Shown here in pieces: positions 19,360 to 28,993 of a stretch of 64,000 nt of DNA (positions are counted from its first letter, which is position 1; each line of letters starts with the position of its first letter). The DNA is taken from positions 32,001 through 96,000 of the forward strand of contig CAWIYV010000009.1 in the NCBI GenBank assembly GCA_963840455.1, in the 5' to 3' direction. Below the pieces are notes generated by a model that had not been told where the DNA came from, ran no database searches, and saw only the letters and a program-made list of their open reading frames with translations. The position numbers were made by a program, and so were the translations under genes. This DNA comes from Nitrospirota bacterium (GTDB taxonomy: Bacteria > Nitrospirota > UBA9217).

Positions 19360-20196
19360 ATGAATGGGAAAGCAACCGAACGAGAATATCGAGCGCCTAT
19401 CCTCGTCGTGGCGATATTCCTGGCAGGGGTCGCGGCCGGTTGCGCCCACCGGCTCCATGCTCCGATGCAACCCGATGGCTGGAGTGCCCAGCCTATTGTG
19501 AGCGTGTGCCGCTTTGCCCCCGATGCCGACCTGGATCCCGCCACCGGAGCGCCTGTGGGGGACGAGGGGTATTACCTGTATATCCTGACCGAAGCTGCCG
19601 ATTGGGACTTCAGCGATGGGGCGTCGCTGGTCCTCTCAATTTGGCTGCGACCGTGGGCGCATGGTTGGATCATCCTGGAAAGTCCCTGGGATCGTCTGGA
19701 ATTCGGCCACACCGGCGACTTCGGGCAGGAGGCACCGCGTTATCATGAGGAAGTGATGCAGAGGGGTCGGGGTGGGGATCCCAATCCTATCGCGTATTTG
19801 TGGCAGACGAGGTCCGATGGCCAATTCCAGGTCGGCAAACCCAATCGACCACCCACGTTCGTCTGGAGAATGCCGATTACCCGACGACGGCATCAGCTGA
19901 TCAAGGAATACGTGATGCAGCGGAAGTACGACCAGTTCGGCGTGAGGAGCAACAACTGCACCGATTTGGTGGTGGAGGCAGCGGCGCTGGCGGGCATCAA
20001 TCTGAACCACCGCATTCGCCTCACCATGCCGTCAGAAACGAAGTTCTTGGGTCGGACGCTGCGTGTCTGGACGGACCCGCAATACCGCATCCTGGAGTTC
20101 AGCACGCCCGAAGTTTTGGAGATGGATCTGCGCCAGCTTGCCCAGATAGGGATAGGGAGTGATGCCACCGAGTGGTACCTGGCGCTGCAGCACTGA
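19360..20196 (+). CDS. Lipoprotein with putative permuted papain-like (His...Cys) catalytic motifs
   Basis: Lipobox VAAGC; AHGWIILE, EFGHTG and YDQFGVRSNNCTD; start chosen at MNGKAT. Confidence 0.65.
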   Translation: MNGKATEREYRAPILVVAIFLAGVAAGCAHRLHAPMQPDGWSAQPIVSVCRFAPDADLDPATGAPVGDEGYYLYILTEAADWDFSDGASLVLSIWLRPWAHGWIILESPWDRLEFGHTGDFGQEAPRYHEEVMQRGRGGDPNPIAYLWQTRSDGQFQVGKPNRPPTFVWRMPITRRRHQLIKEYVMQRKYDQFGVRSNNCTDLVVEAAALAGINLNHRIRLTMPSETKFLGRTLRVWTDPQYRILEFSTPEVLEMDLRQLAQIGIGSDATEWYLALQH

Positions 20197-20269
20197 CGGT
20201 CGCGCGGATACCCGGCCGTATCGGGTGGGATTGGTCCAACCGGCGAATTGCTATTATTAAGGTGAGTGT

Positions 20270-23200
20270 ATGACGTTGAAGCAGAGGTCTGACATCGTGG
20301 GTGAGCAGCGGGTTCCCATCATCGCTTTCGTCTGGCGGCCTGAGGAGATCACCCCACCGGTGATCCACATGGCTCATCGAACGGGGAGCAGGGCCATCTT
20401 CGATCTTTCCCTGATGGGGGTGGAAGGGTTGCATGCTTCCCTGCGAAAGGCTGACCCTGCCGGCCACGTAAGAGATATCAAGATCCCTGCCTCTGCCTTG
20501 ATGGATCCATCTTTGGGGCGGTTCCTTCGGGAAACAGGGGTCCAAGACATCTGGGTAGAATGCCACCCCCGGTTTTTCGAGGAGGATACCGCCACCGTTC
20601 TCCGGAGATTGAGCGAATTGTCGGAAAACCACCGTTGCTTTCCGATCGTCGGGGACCTGGATCTCCTGACAGCGATCTTGAAGGATAGCCCGGGAATCGG
20701 GCGCATCGTCCTGAAAGGATGCGAGGCCTCCGGATTCGTGAGCGGTGAGACGACCCTGGTGCTCTATTCGGCGGCCAGGGAAATGCTGCGCACCTCCTCG
20801 AAGTCCCTGGACGTCCTCATCTGGGGAGGCGTCTCCACCCCTGAGGCGGCAGCGGCGTTCCTGTCCACCGGGGCTTCCGGGATCGTCTTCGAGAGCGTCC
20901 ATTGGCTGACGGACCTCGTTGTCATTGATGATCTTCAACGCCAGCGGCTCGCCAAACTCCGCATGGATTCTACCGATCTGGTCGGCCTGGACCTGCAGGT
21001 TCCCTGCCGTCTTTTCAACAAGGGAAACTCTCTTGCGGTCAATGAGATCAAAACGTTCGAGAACACGCTGTGCGGAGCGGAGATCGCGGACGAAAGCCGC
21101 CGTTCCTTCGTAAACCACGTGCTTGCCAAAGCACACCACCCGCTGAAGAGCGATTTTACCCAGGATGAGGTCATCCCTCTGGGTGTGGAGGCTGCCTTTG
21201 CCGCCTCGTTCGTAGAGCGTTTCGGGGCTGGAACCGAGCAGGCCGTGAAAGCTTTCACGGACGAGATCCGGAACGCATGCCGCTCGGCCGGGGTGAAAAA
21301 GGACTTCTTCGTGGACAGCCCTGTCGCCAGGGAGATGGGAACCCGCTATCCCTTTATTCAGGGCGCCATGTCCTCCATCACCGATGTCCCGGAGTTTGCC
21401 TCGAAGGTCGCTGCTGCCGGCGGGTTGCCGACCATCGCCCTTGGCCTGATGGACGCGGAGGCCCTTGACCGGAGGCTGGGACGTTTGCCGGAGACCATGG
21501 AAGGGCGACCGTATGCCGTGAATGTCGTCTCTTTGGCGGAGAACCCTTTCCGGGAGACGCATCTTGCCTGGATAAAAAAACACCGACCCCGTTTTGTGGT
21601 GATCGCAGGAGGCGACCTCTCCCCCGTAAGAGAATTATTAGAGCGCGGCATGGAGGTCATGTATATCGCTCCTGATGAGGCCCTGTTGAGGCTCGCCCTT
21701 GAAGCCGGCGTCCGGTACGTGGTCTGCGAGGGATATGAGGCCGGCGGCCACGTCGGGCGACAGAGCACGCTCACCCTTGCTCAGATCGTGCTGGATCTGA
21801 AACGGCGCAATCCATCCCTCTTCCACAACCGTCGCGTGATCCTTGCAGGGGGGATCTGCAATCGGGAGACCGCATTCATGGCCGCCATGCTCGGCGCGGA
21901 CGGCATCCAGATGGGCACTGCCTATCTGACCACCCGGGAGATCGTTGAAACGGGCGCCTTGACTGCGCTCTATCAGCGGATGATCGTGGAATCGTCTCCA
22001 GGGGGGACAGTCGTTTCCGGCCAGAACACCGGACTTCGGGTGCGATCCTTATGGACCCCGAGAGTGGCAGCTCTTTTATCCCTGGAGAGGGAGTTTGCAG
22101 CGGGCCACCAGGACGAGCGTTCCTTCCGGACGAGAATGGAGGAGGTGACCGCGGGGAGCCTCTTCACTGCGGCCCGGGGTCTGGACAGAACGGACGGAAC
22201 GCCTCTGAATGAGCGGGATTGCCTGGAGCGCGGGCAATTCATGAGCGGGGCCTGCGCCGGTCTCATGAGCAAGGTCCAGGATCTGCAGTCCTTTCATCGC
22301 GAGCTGGCCGAAGGCCCTCTGGTGCTGCACGGGGCAGCCCCATCCGCCGAGGCCGGGCATGGACCGACGCGAGTCGCCCCCCGGGGCGGCGCTCATGAAA
22401 GGATCGCCATCACGGGGATGAGCCTCCTGAACGCCCTGGGGAAGAGTCCGGAGGAAGTCTGGGCCGCAAGCCTGGCGATGAAGAGCGGGATCACCCTGGT
22501 TCCGTCTTCCCGATGGGATCATGGGCTTTTTTACGATCCCCAGCCGCACGTTCCGGACAAGACCTACTGCCAGGTGGGCGCCTTCCAGGATTATACTATC
22601 TCCCGTAATGATCTCGGGATCTCCCCCCAGGATTTTCGAAGCATGACCGAGGCCACAAAGATCACCCTGTGGCTGGCAGACAGGGCCATCCGGGCCTCGG
22701 GCATTTTGGAGTCGGACATCCCGCGCGAACGGATCGGGGTCCTCATCGCCCAGAACTCGGGAGAGGCGGCAGGGACCCTCAACAATACCATCATCAGGGC
22801 GTACATTCACGACATCCTTGCCGACATCAAGAAGGCCGTTCACGCCACGCCAGGTCAGTTGAACGCCATCGAAGAGGAGCTGAAGTCCGGACGCATGGCA
22901 CCGGATGACACCACGCTCCTCGGAAGACTCAACTGCGCTGCGGCAGGCTTCATCTGCAACCGGTATGGGTTCACGGGGCCGAGCTTTGCGGTCTCCGCTG
23001 CCTGCGCCACCTCGCTGGTCGCACTCCACAGCGCCGTCCAGATGATCCGAACCGGCATCATCGATGCTGCCATTGTCGGAGGGGGCGAGGAGAATCTCAC
23101 CCATCTGCATTTTCTGGAATTCTCCGCCCTGGGCGCGCTGTTCGGGATGTCCGGACAGGAAAGACCCGCTCGCGAGACATCCCGCCCCTTCGATGCCGAA

Positions 23201-26200
23201 CGGGACGGGATGGTGCTCGGCGAAGGCGGGGGAATGATCGTCATCGAACGGGAAGGCCTGGCCCGCGCACGGGGGGCGCTTGTCCACGCCGTCATCACCG
23301 GCATGGGAGCGAGCAACAACCATCTGGGCATGGTGGAGTCCTCCCATGTCAGCCAGGAGATGGCCATCCGGGCCTCGTTCCGGGGGATGCCCTACGGGCC
23401 CGATGCGGTGGACCTCGTGGAATGCCACGCCACGAGCACCCGGCAGGGAGATGTGGAGGAGATCCGCGCCCTGAAAGCAGTCTTCAATTCCTCCCGGCGA
23501 ACCGCGCTCACCTCATTCAAATCCCAGATCGGACACACCCTGGGCGCCTCAGGGATGAACAGCCTCATTCGGGGGGTCATGGCCATGAAGGCGGGGGTTT
23601 TCCCTCCCACCCTCAATTATCTGCATCCAGACCCGGAAATCGGCTTGAACGGATCGGGTCTCCACATTACCCCGGAGCCGATCGATTGGAAGGGCAGGGA
23701 CAACCAGCCAAGACGGCTTCAGGTCAACGCCTTCGGATTCGGAGGTTCCAACTACGTTGTGCAGGTGGAGCAGGCCATGGATGAAGTGGATACGGTCCTG
23801 GTCTCCGCGGGTGGGGGGGCCCGTCTCGCTGAGGAAAAGAGCGGTGCTTCACCGCCGCCCCAGGGCGTCTCCTTCTTCCGGACCCAGATGGGCCGCCGTA
23901 CCTTCCGGATGGCCGTTGTGTCGCAAACCGAGGAGGAAGCGCTGAATTTCATCGAGAGGTCAGCCTCTCTTGACGAAGCCGGAACCGTTTCACCCAAGGC
24001 GTTGCAGTCCCTGGCGCACCAGGGGATCTTCCTGGGCCCTGAAGATCAGCAGGCGCCACCGCTCGCTTTTGTGTTTCCCGGGCAGGGGTCACAGTATGCA
24101 GGAATGGGGCGGGATCTCTACGTGTCCTTTCCCGTCATCAAGGAGTGGATGGATCGGGCTGCGGCTGCAGCGGACTTCGACCTCCTTCACTTATTGTTCC
24201 ATGATCGGGAGGAAAATCTTCAGAAGACCCGGTGGCAGCAGCCTGCCATGTTCGCCGTTGAACACGCCATGGCTCGATACCTCATCACCCTTGGTATTCA
24301 CCCGGTGGCTATGGCCGGCCACAGTCTGGGCGAGCTGACCGCTTTGTGCCTGGCCGGCGTCTATTCCCTGGAGGACGGATTCCGGATCGTGAACAAGCGT
24401 GCCCTCTGCATGGACAAGGCCGCTGCCATGAACGTGGACCCCGGCGTCATGGCGGCCACGGACGCCCCTCTGGATCTGCTGAAGGAGCTGATCCGGGGAC
24501 GGGAGGATGTCCATATCAGCAATATCAATTCACCGAAGCAGGTCGTCCTGAGCGGCAACACGGAGGCGGTCAAAACTTTTGGAAACAGCCTCAAGGAAAG
24601 GGGATACCGGGCCACGCTGCTGCGGGTCAGCATGGCCTTCCACTCACCTATCATGAGGGTCATCCATGATGAGCTCTCGGCGTACGTTGCCACCATCCCA
24701 TTTTATTCCCCGCGCATTCCCGTCATCTCCAACACGACCATGGCGCCCTATCCGTCGGATCCCGGCGAGATCAGGCGGATCCTGATGGCCCACCTGGAAT
24801 CTCCCGTCCAGTGGATGAATAACGTCCAGACGCTTTGGAACGACTACGGTGTCCGGCTTTTTTTGGAGGCGGGCCCCGGCGACATTTTAAGCGGTCTCAT
24901 CGCAGACACACTGTCTGATCCGGCATGCGTGCAGACCTGCCTTCCCACCGCAGAGAGCCTGACCTACAAGACCGCCCTTGCTCAGCTCTTCGCCCAAGGG
25001 CATCTGAAGATTGCAGGAGAACCGAGGTTTGTTTCCCTCCCTGCGTTCAGGAAGGCTGCCGGATCTCACCCGGTCGCCCAAGCAGCGCCGTCACGACCGT
25101 CGGAGCCCGGGCTCGTCGGTTCCAATCCTGCGGAAAGGATCATTCAAAGAGAGATCAACCGCTTCGTGATGGAGAATTTCGGACGCTTCCTTAAGCCCAC
25201 TATCCTGGACGCCATCCGCCAGGAGCTTGATCCGACATTCCAGGAAGCCGATCTGGCATCCGTTGTGAAATCCATGCTCGGGAGTCCGGGGTACCCTGAA
25301 CGCCGGAAGGAGATCCCGGACGGACAGGTTTCCCCTGCCCCCGGCGAGGCGCCGGAACGCCGGGATCACCTGGAGGCGCTTATTCGCATCATCATGGATG
25401 CCACGGGATTCAACAGGGACGAGATCAAACCCGACATGGACCTCAGGAGGGACCTCTCCATCCGCTCCAGCCGCCTCCCCATAATCATGGATGCTGCGGA
25501 ACGGCAATTCGGGATCACGATAGAATTGGAGGATTTTATCCAGGTCCGTACCGTGAAGGACATCGCGGATAAGATCTCCGAGATAATCGCCAGGCAGGAA
25601 GGCACAAGCCAGCCGCCATCCACCACTGCTGTCGACGCAGGTCCGGCGCGGGATGAAATCCTGAAATCTCCCGAGAACGAGGCCAGTTTAAAGCGGCTCG
25701 TTTTCAACCACGTCACTGCAGATCTGGCGGCCTCCGTCCCTATGGAATTGAGCCCAGGCGAGTCAGTCCTTCTTCTCTCACCTGGGCAGGATGACGGGAC
25801 CGCCGGAAGCGCAGGGGACATCCTCCGGCGGGATTATGGGGCTCACACGGTTCCCCTGCACTTCATGCAGGGGAACCCGGGTTCGGGCGAAGAGTACCAC
25901 GACCTTCTGACCGATGAAGGGTCCACCAGCGCGTCAGAGAACATATCGGCCCTGACGTCCCTCGCCGGGATGGTCATCACCTTGCATCAAGGCGGGTCCG
26001 GAAGGTTACAAGGCATGGCAGAGGTCTCGCGGCTTCTCAGGGGGCTCTTTCTCCTCCTGAAGGCCTTCCTCCGATCACCGGTCAAGAAATTCGTCGTGCT
26101 GATCCATTCCCGGGAGGATACCGCAACTCCCGGCCGGCTGCTGGCAGAGGGGATGCTCGGACTGTTTCTCAGCGCAGCGCAGGAGCATTCATCGGTCCGG

Positions 26201-28099
26201 TTCCGCACCCTGGAAGTCGGACGGGATACCGACCTGCGCGCTGCCTTGCGCGGTGCTCTGGACGGAGGATACGCCGCGGTTGAGATGATCCATCGTGATG
26301 GAAGCGTCTACACCTCTGAGGGGCAGGTAAGCCCGTCGAACTTCAAGGACCTGTCGAGTCTGGATCTGAACCCGGGAGACGTTGTTGTCATGTCCGGGGG
26401 CGCAGCCGGGATTACCGCCCACCTGGCCCGCAGCCTTGTGCCCTTCGCACCCCGCCTGGTGCTTCTGGGGAGGACACCTGCGTCTTGCCCCGAAGAACAC
26501 AGGGCATCGGAGATCGCTCGGACCCTGGCTGATCTGCACGCTGCAGGGATCGAGGCAACGTACCATACCTGCGATGTGACCGATCCCGATGCGGTCCGCG
26601 CTCTCTTGGGCGAGGTGGCAAGCCGTTACGGCAGGATCGACGGGATCATTCACGGCGCCGGGGTCCTCAGGGACGGACCCCTCAGCCAAATGACGCCGGA
26701 TGATTTCTCCATGGTCACGGATGTAAAATTCCTCGGGGCCTGGAATCTCTTCTCGGCCGCAGAAGGGGCCGGCTTGAGGTTTTTCGTGGGCCTCTCCTCG
26801 GCGGCAGCGATCCAGGGGAATCCCGGTCAGGCCAATTACGCTGCCGCCAACCGGATGATGTCCGCGTTGCTCAGGACCCTCCGCCGTAAGAACGGCGCCA
26901 TCCGCTTCAAGGCGTTGATGCTTCCCCCTGTCGATGGAGCGGGCATGGCCGACGATCCGGAGGTCCGGGAGCTGCTGAGGCGGAAGGGCGTGGCGTACAT
27001 CCACGTCAATGAGCTTGCAGGGCTTTTCTGCCGGGAGCTCTTCACCGCCCGCGTGGACGATGATTGGGTGATGTTCATGCGGAGACTGCCATCCGTGAGG
27101 ACGTCACTGCTCAATGATACGATCCGTCCTTCGTTCGGTGGAGAACTGGAGGGAGGCACCGTGTCCTTCAGTCCCGAGGACTTCCCCATGATAGAAAGGG
27201 TCTCTTGCCTGGACCTCCGCCGGCAAGAACTGGAGGCCTTCAGATCCTTTTCCCGGGAAAAGGATCTGTGGATCGCGGATCACCGGCCCTTCAAGTTCGT
27301 CAAGCATCCTCTGGTCTCAGCCGCCATGGTCCTGGAGACATTCATGGAAGCCGCCCGGATCCTCTACCCCCACCTGCAGGTGCGTGGAGTCCGCCAGGTG
27401 CGGCTCATGGACATGATCCAATGTCCTCCCGGGGTTCCACGGCCTTCCCGGATATCCTGCCGCCGGGCCGGCACCGGCGCCGGTCTTCGGGAAGTGGTGT
27501 GCGAGGTCTCTCTGGCAACACAGGAGATCTCCCCCACCGGGAGATTGACCGACCGCTTCATCCCGCACTGCACGGGCCAAGTGATCCTCGATGGCGGGGG
27601 AGGAGATATCGGGGAGGGGCTCCCGGATTTTCCTGTCCGGATGGACGAACTGCGGACGAGGCCCATGGATCATAAAAAGGTGTTAAAATTTTACACAGAC
27701 CATAGCGGCCTCGAAGGCCGGTATCGCGTGATGGAGGCTCTTGACGGCGCAGGTCACGGGGTGGTGCGGGGCCGGACCGCCTACCGGGAGACAAGTGATT
27801 TCGCACATCTGCGGAACGCACGGTACCAATACTCTCCTTATCTGTTCGAGGCTCTTTTACAGCTGGTCGGCTTCCATATCGCTGCAATGGACCCATCGGA
27901 GCGACGATCTCTGATTCCCCTGGAGATCGGGGAGATGAGGTTCTTGCGAACATGCCGGGTGGGGGAACAGATAACCCTGGAGGCCCGAATGCGGGCGCAA
28001 GACGCGGAAGGCCTCGCCTGGGACGCCAGAGGGCTTGACGATCAAGGCCGCACCATCATGCAGGTCCATACGATGCGAATGCACTGGGTTTCGGACTGA
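20270..28099 (+). CDS. Iterative type I PKS/FAS: NMO/FabK-like x2 - KS - AT - ACP - KR - DH, no TE
   Basis: KGCEASG and EGYEAGGH/PFIQGAM/QMGTAYL flavin barrels; KS SAACATS, ECHATST, KSQIGHT; AT FPGQGSQ, GHSLG, MAFHS; ACP DLSIRSS; KR GGAAGI, NYAAAN; C-terminal DH with DHRP. Confidence 0.92.
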   Translation: MTLKQRSDIVGEQRVPIIAFVWRPEEITPPVIHMAHRTGSRAIFDLSLMGVEGLHASLRKADPAGHVRDIKIPASALMDPSLGRFLRETGVQDIWVECHPRFFEEDTATVLRRLSELSENHRCFPIVGDLDLLTAILKDSPGIGRIVLKGCEASGFVSGETTLVLYSAAREMLRTSSKSLDVLIWGGVSTPEAAAAFLSTGASGIVFESVHWLTDLVVIDDLQRQRLAKLRMDSTDLVGLDLQVPCRLFNKGNSLAVNEIKTFENTLCGAEIADESRRSFVNHVLAKAHHPLKSDFTQDEVIPLGVEAAFAASFVERFGAGTEQAVKAFTDEIRNACRSAGVKKDFFVDSPVAREMGTRYPFIQGAMSSITDVPEFASKVAAAGGLPTIALGLMDAEALDRRLGRLPETMEGRPYAVNVVSLAENPFRETHLAWIKKHRPRFVVIAGGDLSPVRELLERGMEVMYIAPDEALLRLALEAGVRYVVCEGYEAGGHVGRQSTLTLAQIVLDLKRRNPSLFHNRRVILAGGICNRETAFMAAMLGADGIQMGTAYLTTREIVETGALTALYQRMIVESSPGGTVVSGQNTGLRVRSLWTPRVAALLSLEREFAAGHQDERSFRTRMEEVTAGSLFTAARGLDRTDGTPLNERDCLERGQFMSGACAGLMSKVQDLQSFHRELAEGPLVLHGAAPSAEAGHGPTRVAPRGGAHERIAITGMSLLNALGKSPEEVWAASLAMKSGITLVPSSRWDHGLFYDPQPHVPDKTYCQVGAFQDYTISRNDLGISPQDFRSMTEATKITLWLADRAIRASGILESDIPRERIGVLIAQNSGEAAGTLNNTIIRAYIHDILADIKKAVHATPGQLNAIEEELKSGRMAPDDTTLLGRLNCAAAGFICNRYGFTGPSFAVSAACATSLVALHSAVQMIRTGIIDAAIVGGGEENLTHLHFLEFSALGALFGMSGQERPARETSRPFDAERDGMVLGEGGGMIVIEREGLARARGALVHAVITGMGASNNHLGMVESSHVSQEMAIRASFRGMPYGPDAVDLVECHATSTRQGDVEEIRALKAVFNSSRRTALTSFKSQIGHTLGASGMNSLIRGVMAMKAGVFPPTLNYLHPDPEIGLNGSGLHITPEPIDWKGRDNQPRRLQVNAFGFGGSNYVVQVEQAMDEVDTVLVSAGGGARLAEEKSGASPPPQGVSFFRTQMGRRTFRMAVVSQTEEEALNFIERSASLDEAGTVSPKALQSLAHQGIFLGPEDQQAPPLAFVFPGQGSQYAGMGRDLYVSFPVIKEWMDRAAAAADFDLLHLLFHDREENLQKTRWQQPAMFAVEHAMARYLITLGIHPVAMAGHSLGELTALCLAGVYSLEDGFRIVNKRALCMDKAAAMNVDPGVMAATDAPLDLLKELIRGREDVHISNINSPKQVVLSGNTEAVKTFGNSLKERGYRATLLRVSMAFHSPIMRVIHDELSAYVATIPFYSPRIPVISNTTMAPYPSDPGEIRRILMAHLESPVQWMNNVQTLWNDYGVRLFLEAGPGDILSGLIADTLSDPACVQTCLPTAESLTYKTALAQLFAQGHLKIAGEPRFVSLPAFRKAAGSHPVAQAAPSRPSEPGLVGSNPAERIIQREINRFVMENFGRFLKPTILDAIRQELDPTFQEADLASVVKSMLGSPGYPERRKEIPDGQVSPAPGEAPERRDHLEALIRIIMDATGFNRDEIKPDMDLRRDLSIRSSRLPIIMDAAERQFGITIELEDFIQVRTVKDIADKISEIIARQEGTSQPPSTTAVDAGPARDEILKSPENEASLKRLVFNHVTADLAASVPMELSPGESVLLLSPGQDDGTAGSAGDILRRDYGAHTVPLHFMQGNPGSGEEYHDLLTDEGSTSASENISALTSLAGMVITLHQGGSGRLQGMAEVSRLLRGLFLLLKAFLRSPVKKFVVLIHSREDTATPGRLLAEGMLGLFLSAAQEHSSVRFRTLEVGRDTDLRAALRGALDGGYAAVEMIHRDGSVYTSEGQVSPSNFKDLSSLDLNPGDVVVMSGGAAGITAHLARSLVPFAPRLVLLGRTPASCPEEHRASEIARTLADLHAAGIEATYHTCDVTDPDAVRALLGEVASRYGRIDGIIHGAGVLRDGPLSQMTPDDFSMVTDVKFLGAWNLFSAAEGAGLRFFVGLSSAAAIQGNPGQANYAAANRMMSALLRTLRRKNGAIRFKALMLPPVDGAGMADDPEVRELLRRKGVAYIHVNELAGLFCRELFTARVDDDWVMFMRRLPSVRTSLLNDTIRPSFGGELEGGTVSFSPEDFPMIERVSCLDLRRQELEAFRSFSREKDLWIADHRPFKFVKHPLVSAAMVLETFMEAARILYPHLQVRGVRQVRLMDMIQCPPGVPRPSRISCRRAGTGAGLREVVCEVSLATQEISPTGRLTDRFIPHCTGQVILDGGGGDIGEGLPDFPVRMDELRTRPMDHKKVLKFYTDHSGLEGRYRVMEALDGAGHGVVRGRTAYRETSDFAHLRNARYQYSPYLFEALLQLVGFHIAAMDPSERRSLIPLEIGEMRFLRTCRVGEQITLEARMRAQDAEGLAWDARGLDDQGRTIMQVHTMRMHWVSD

Positions 28100-28147
28100 G
28101 CCTTGACGGTGGAGTAAGAACGCACCTCGGGCTCGGGAAAGAGGGGA

Positions 28148-28930
28148 GTGGATGTGGCAACGGATCACGAAGGGATAACCGCCCATGCCGTAACGTTCGA
28201 TCATCGAAGGGGACCTGTCTTCTATGCGTCCTTGCCCTGTAGGCCACGTGCCACTGAAACCCTCATCGGATACAGGACGAACGAGGCAGGAGAAAAGCAC
28301 CGCTTAGTCTCCATCCTGTGGGATCACCTTGCGGCGATGGAAGGCCCTCTTGGGAAATTCTGTCAATCCTCCAACAGAGTCGCCAACCCGATTCAGGTGG
28401 TCCGCGGCCCGCTGGGCAAGCCCCATCTCCTGTTGGGTGAGCATCGGGGGCCGGCTGTCTCCTTCAGCGAAGGTGGAGGGAAAGTTTGGGCCGCCCTCTG
28501 TGGGGATGGGTCCGATATCGGCATCGACGTGGCAGGGACCGACGAATTTCGGGGAGAATACCCCTTCCATCGGGTCTTTCATACACAAGAGCTTCAGCAT
28601 GCATCGATGTTGACAGGCGGAGATTTGGCAAAGGCATCAGCCCTGCTCTGGTCCATCAAGGAAGCCGTTGTCAAGGCTCTCGGATGCGGGTTCCATCTCG
28701 TGGATCCGAGGGAAATCTCCATCCATCCTTCAGAAGAAGAGGGCGGCGGGTATGCCTTTTCCGTGTGTCTATCAAAGAAGACCCAGGTGCGGTTCGCCAA
28801 TCGTGCCGGCTCGTCCCTAGGGGTACGTTCATTTCCCCGGCAGAAGACGTGGCTTTCCATCGCCCTCTTGAATCCAGGAGCGAGCGCATTCCCCGCAGCT
28901 TGCTGCGGGGTCAGCGAGCGATTAGAATAA
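28148..28930 (+). CDS. 4'-phosphopantetheinyl transferase (Sfp-like)
   Basis: GKP, IGIDV and WSIKEAVVKALG motifs; directly follows the PKS. Confidence 0.88.
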   Translation: MDVATDHEGITAHAVTFDHRRGPVFYASLPCRPRATETLIGYRTNEAGEKHRLVSILWDHLAAMEGPLGKFCQSSNRVANPIQVVRGPLGKPHLLLGEHRGPAVSFSEGGGKVWAALCGDGSDIGIDVAGTDEFRGEYPFHRVFHTQELQHASMLTGGDLAKASALLWSIKEAVVKALGCGFHLVDPREISIHPSEEEGGGYAFSVCLSKKTQVRFANRAGSSLGVRSFPRQKTWLSIALLNPGASAFPAACCGVSERLE

Positions 28931-28984
28931 ATAATACTACCTAGAGGATCGAGGATTCCTGCAGCCTGCCGCAGGGAGCTTCAA
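28868..28984 (+). mobile_element. Long twin-hairpin TTGAA...TTCAA element overlapping the PPTase 3' end
   Basis: 117 nt; hairpins CCCCGCAGC-TT-GCTGCGGGG and TCCTGCAGCCTGCCGCAGGGA; ends GCTTCAA. Confidence 0.75.
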
Positions 28985-28993
28985 TCGGCAACC

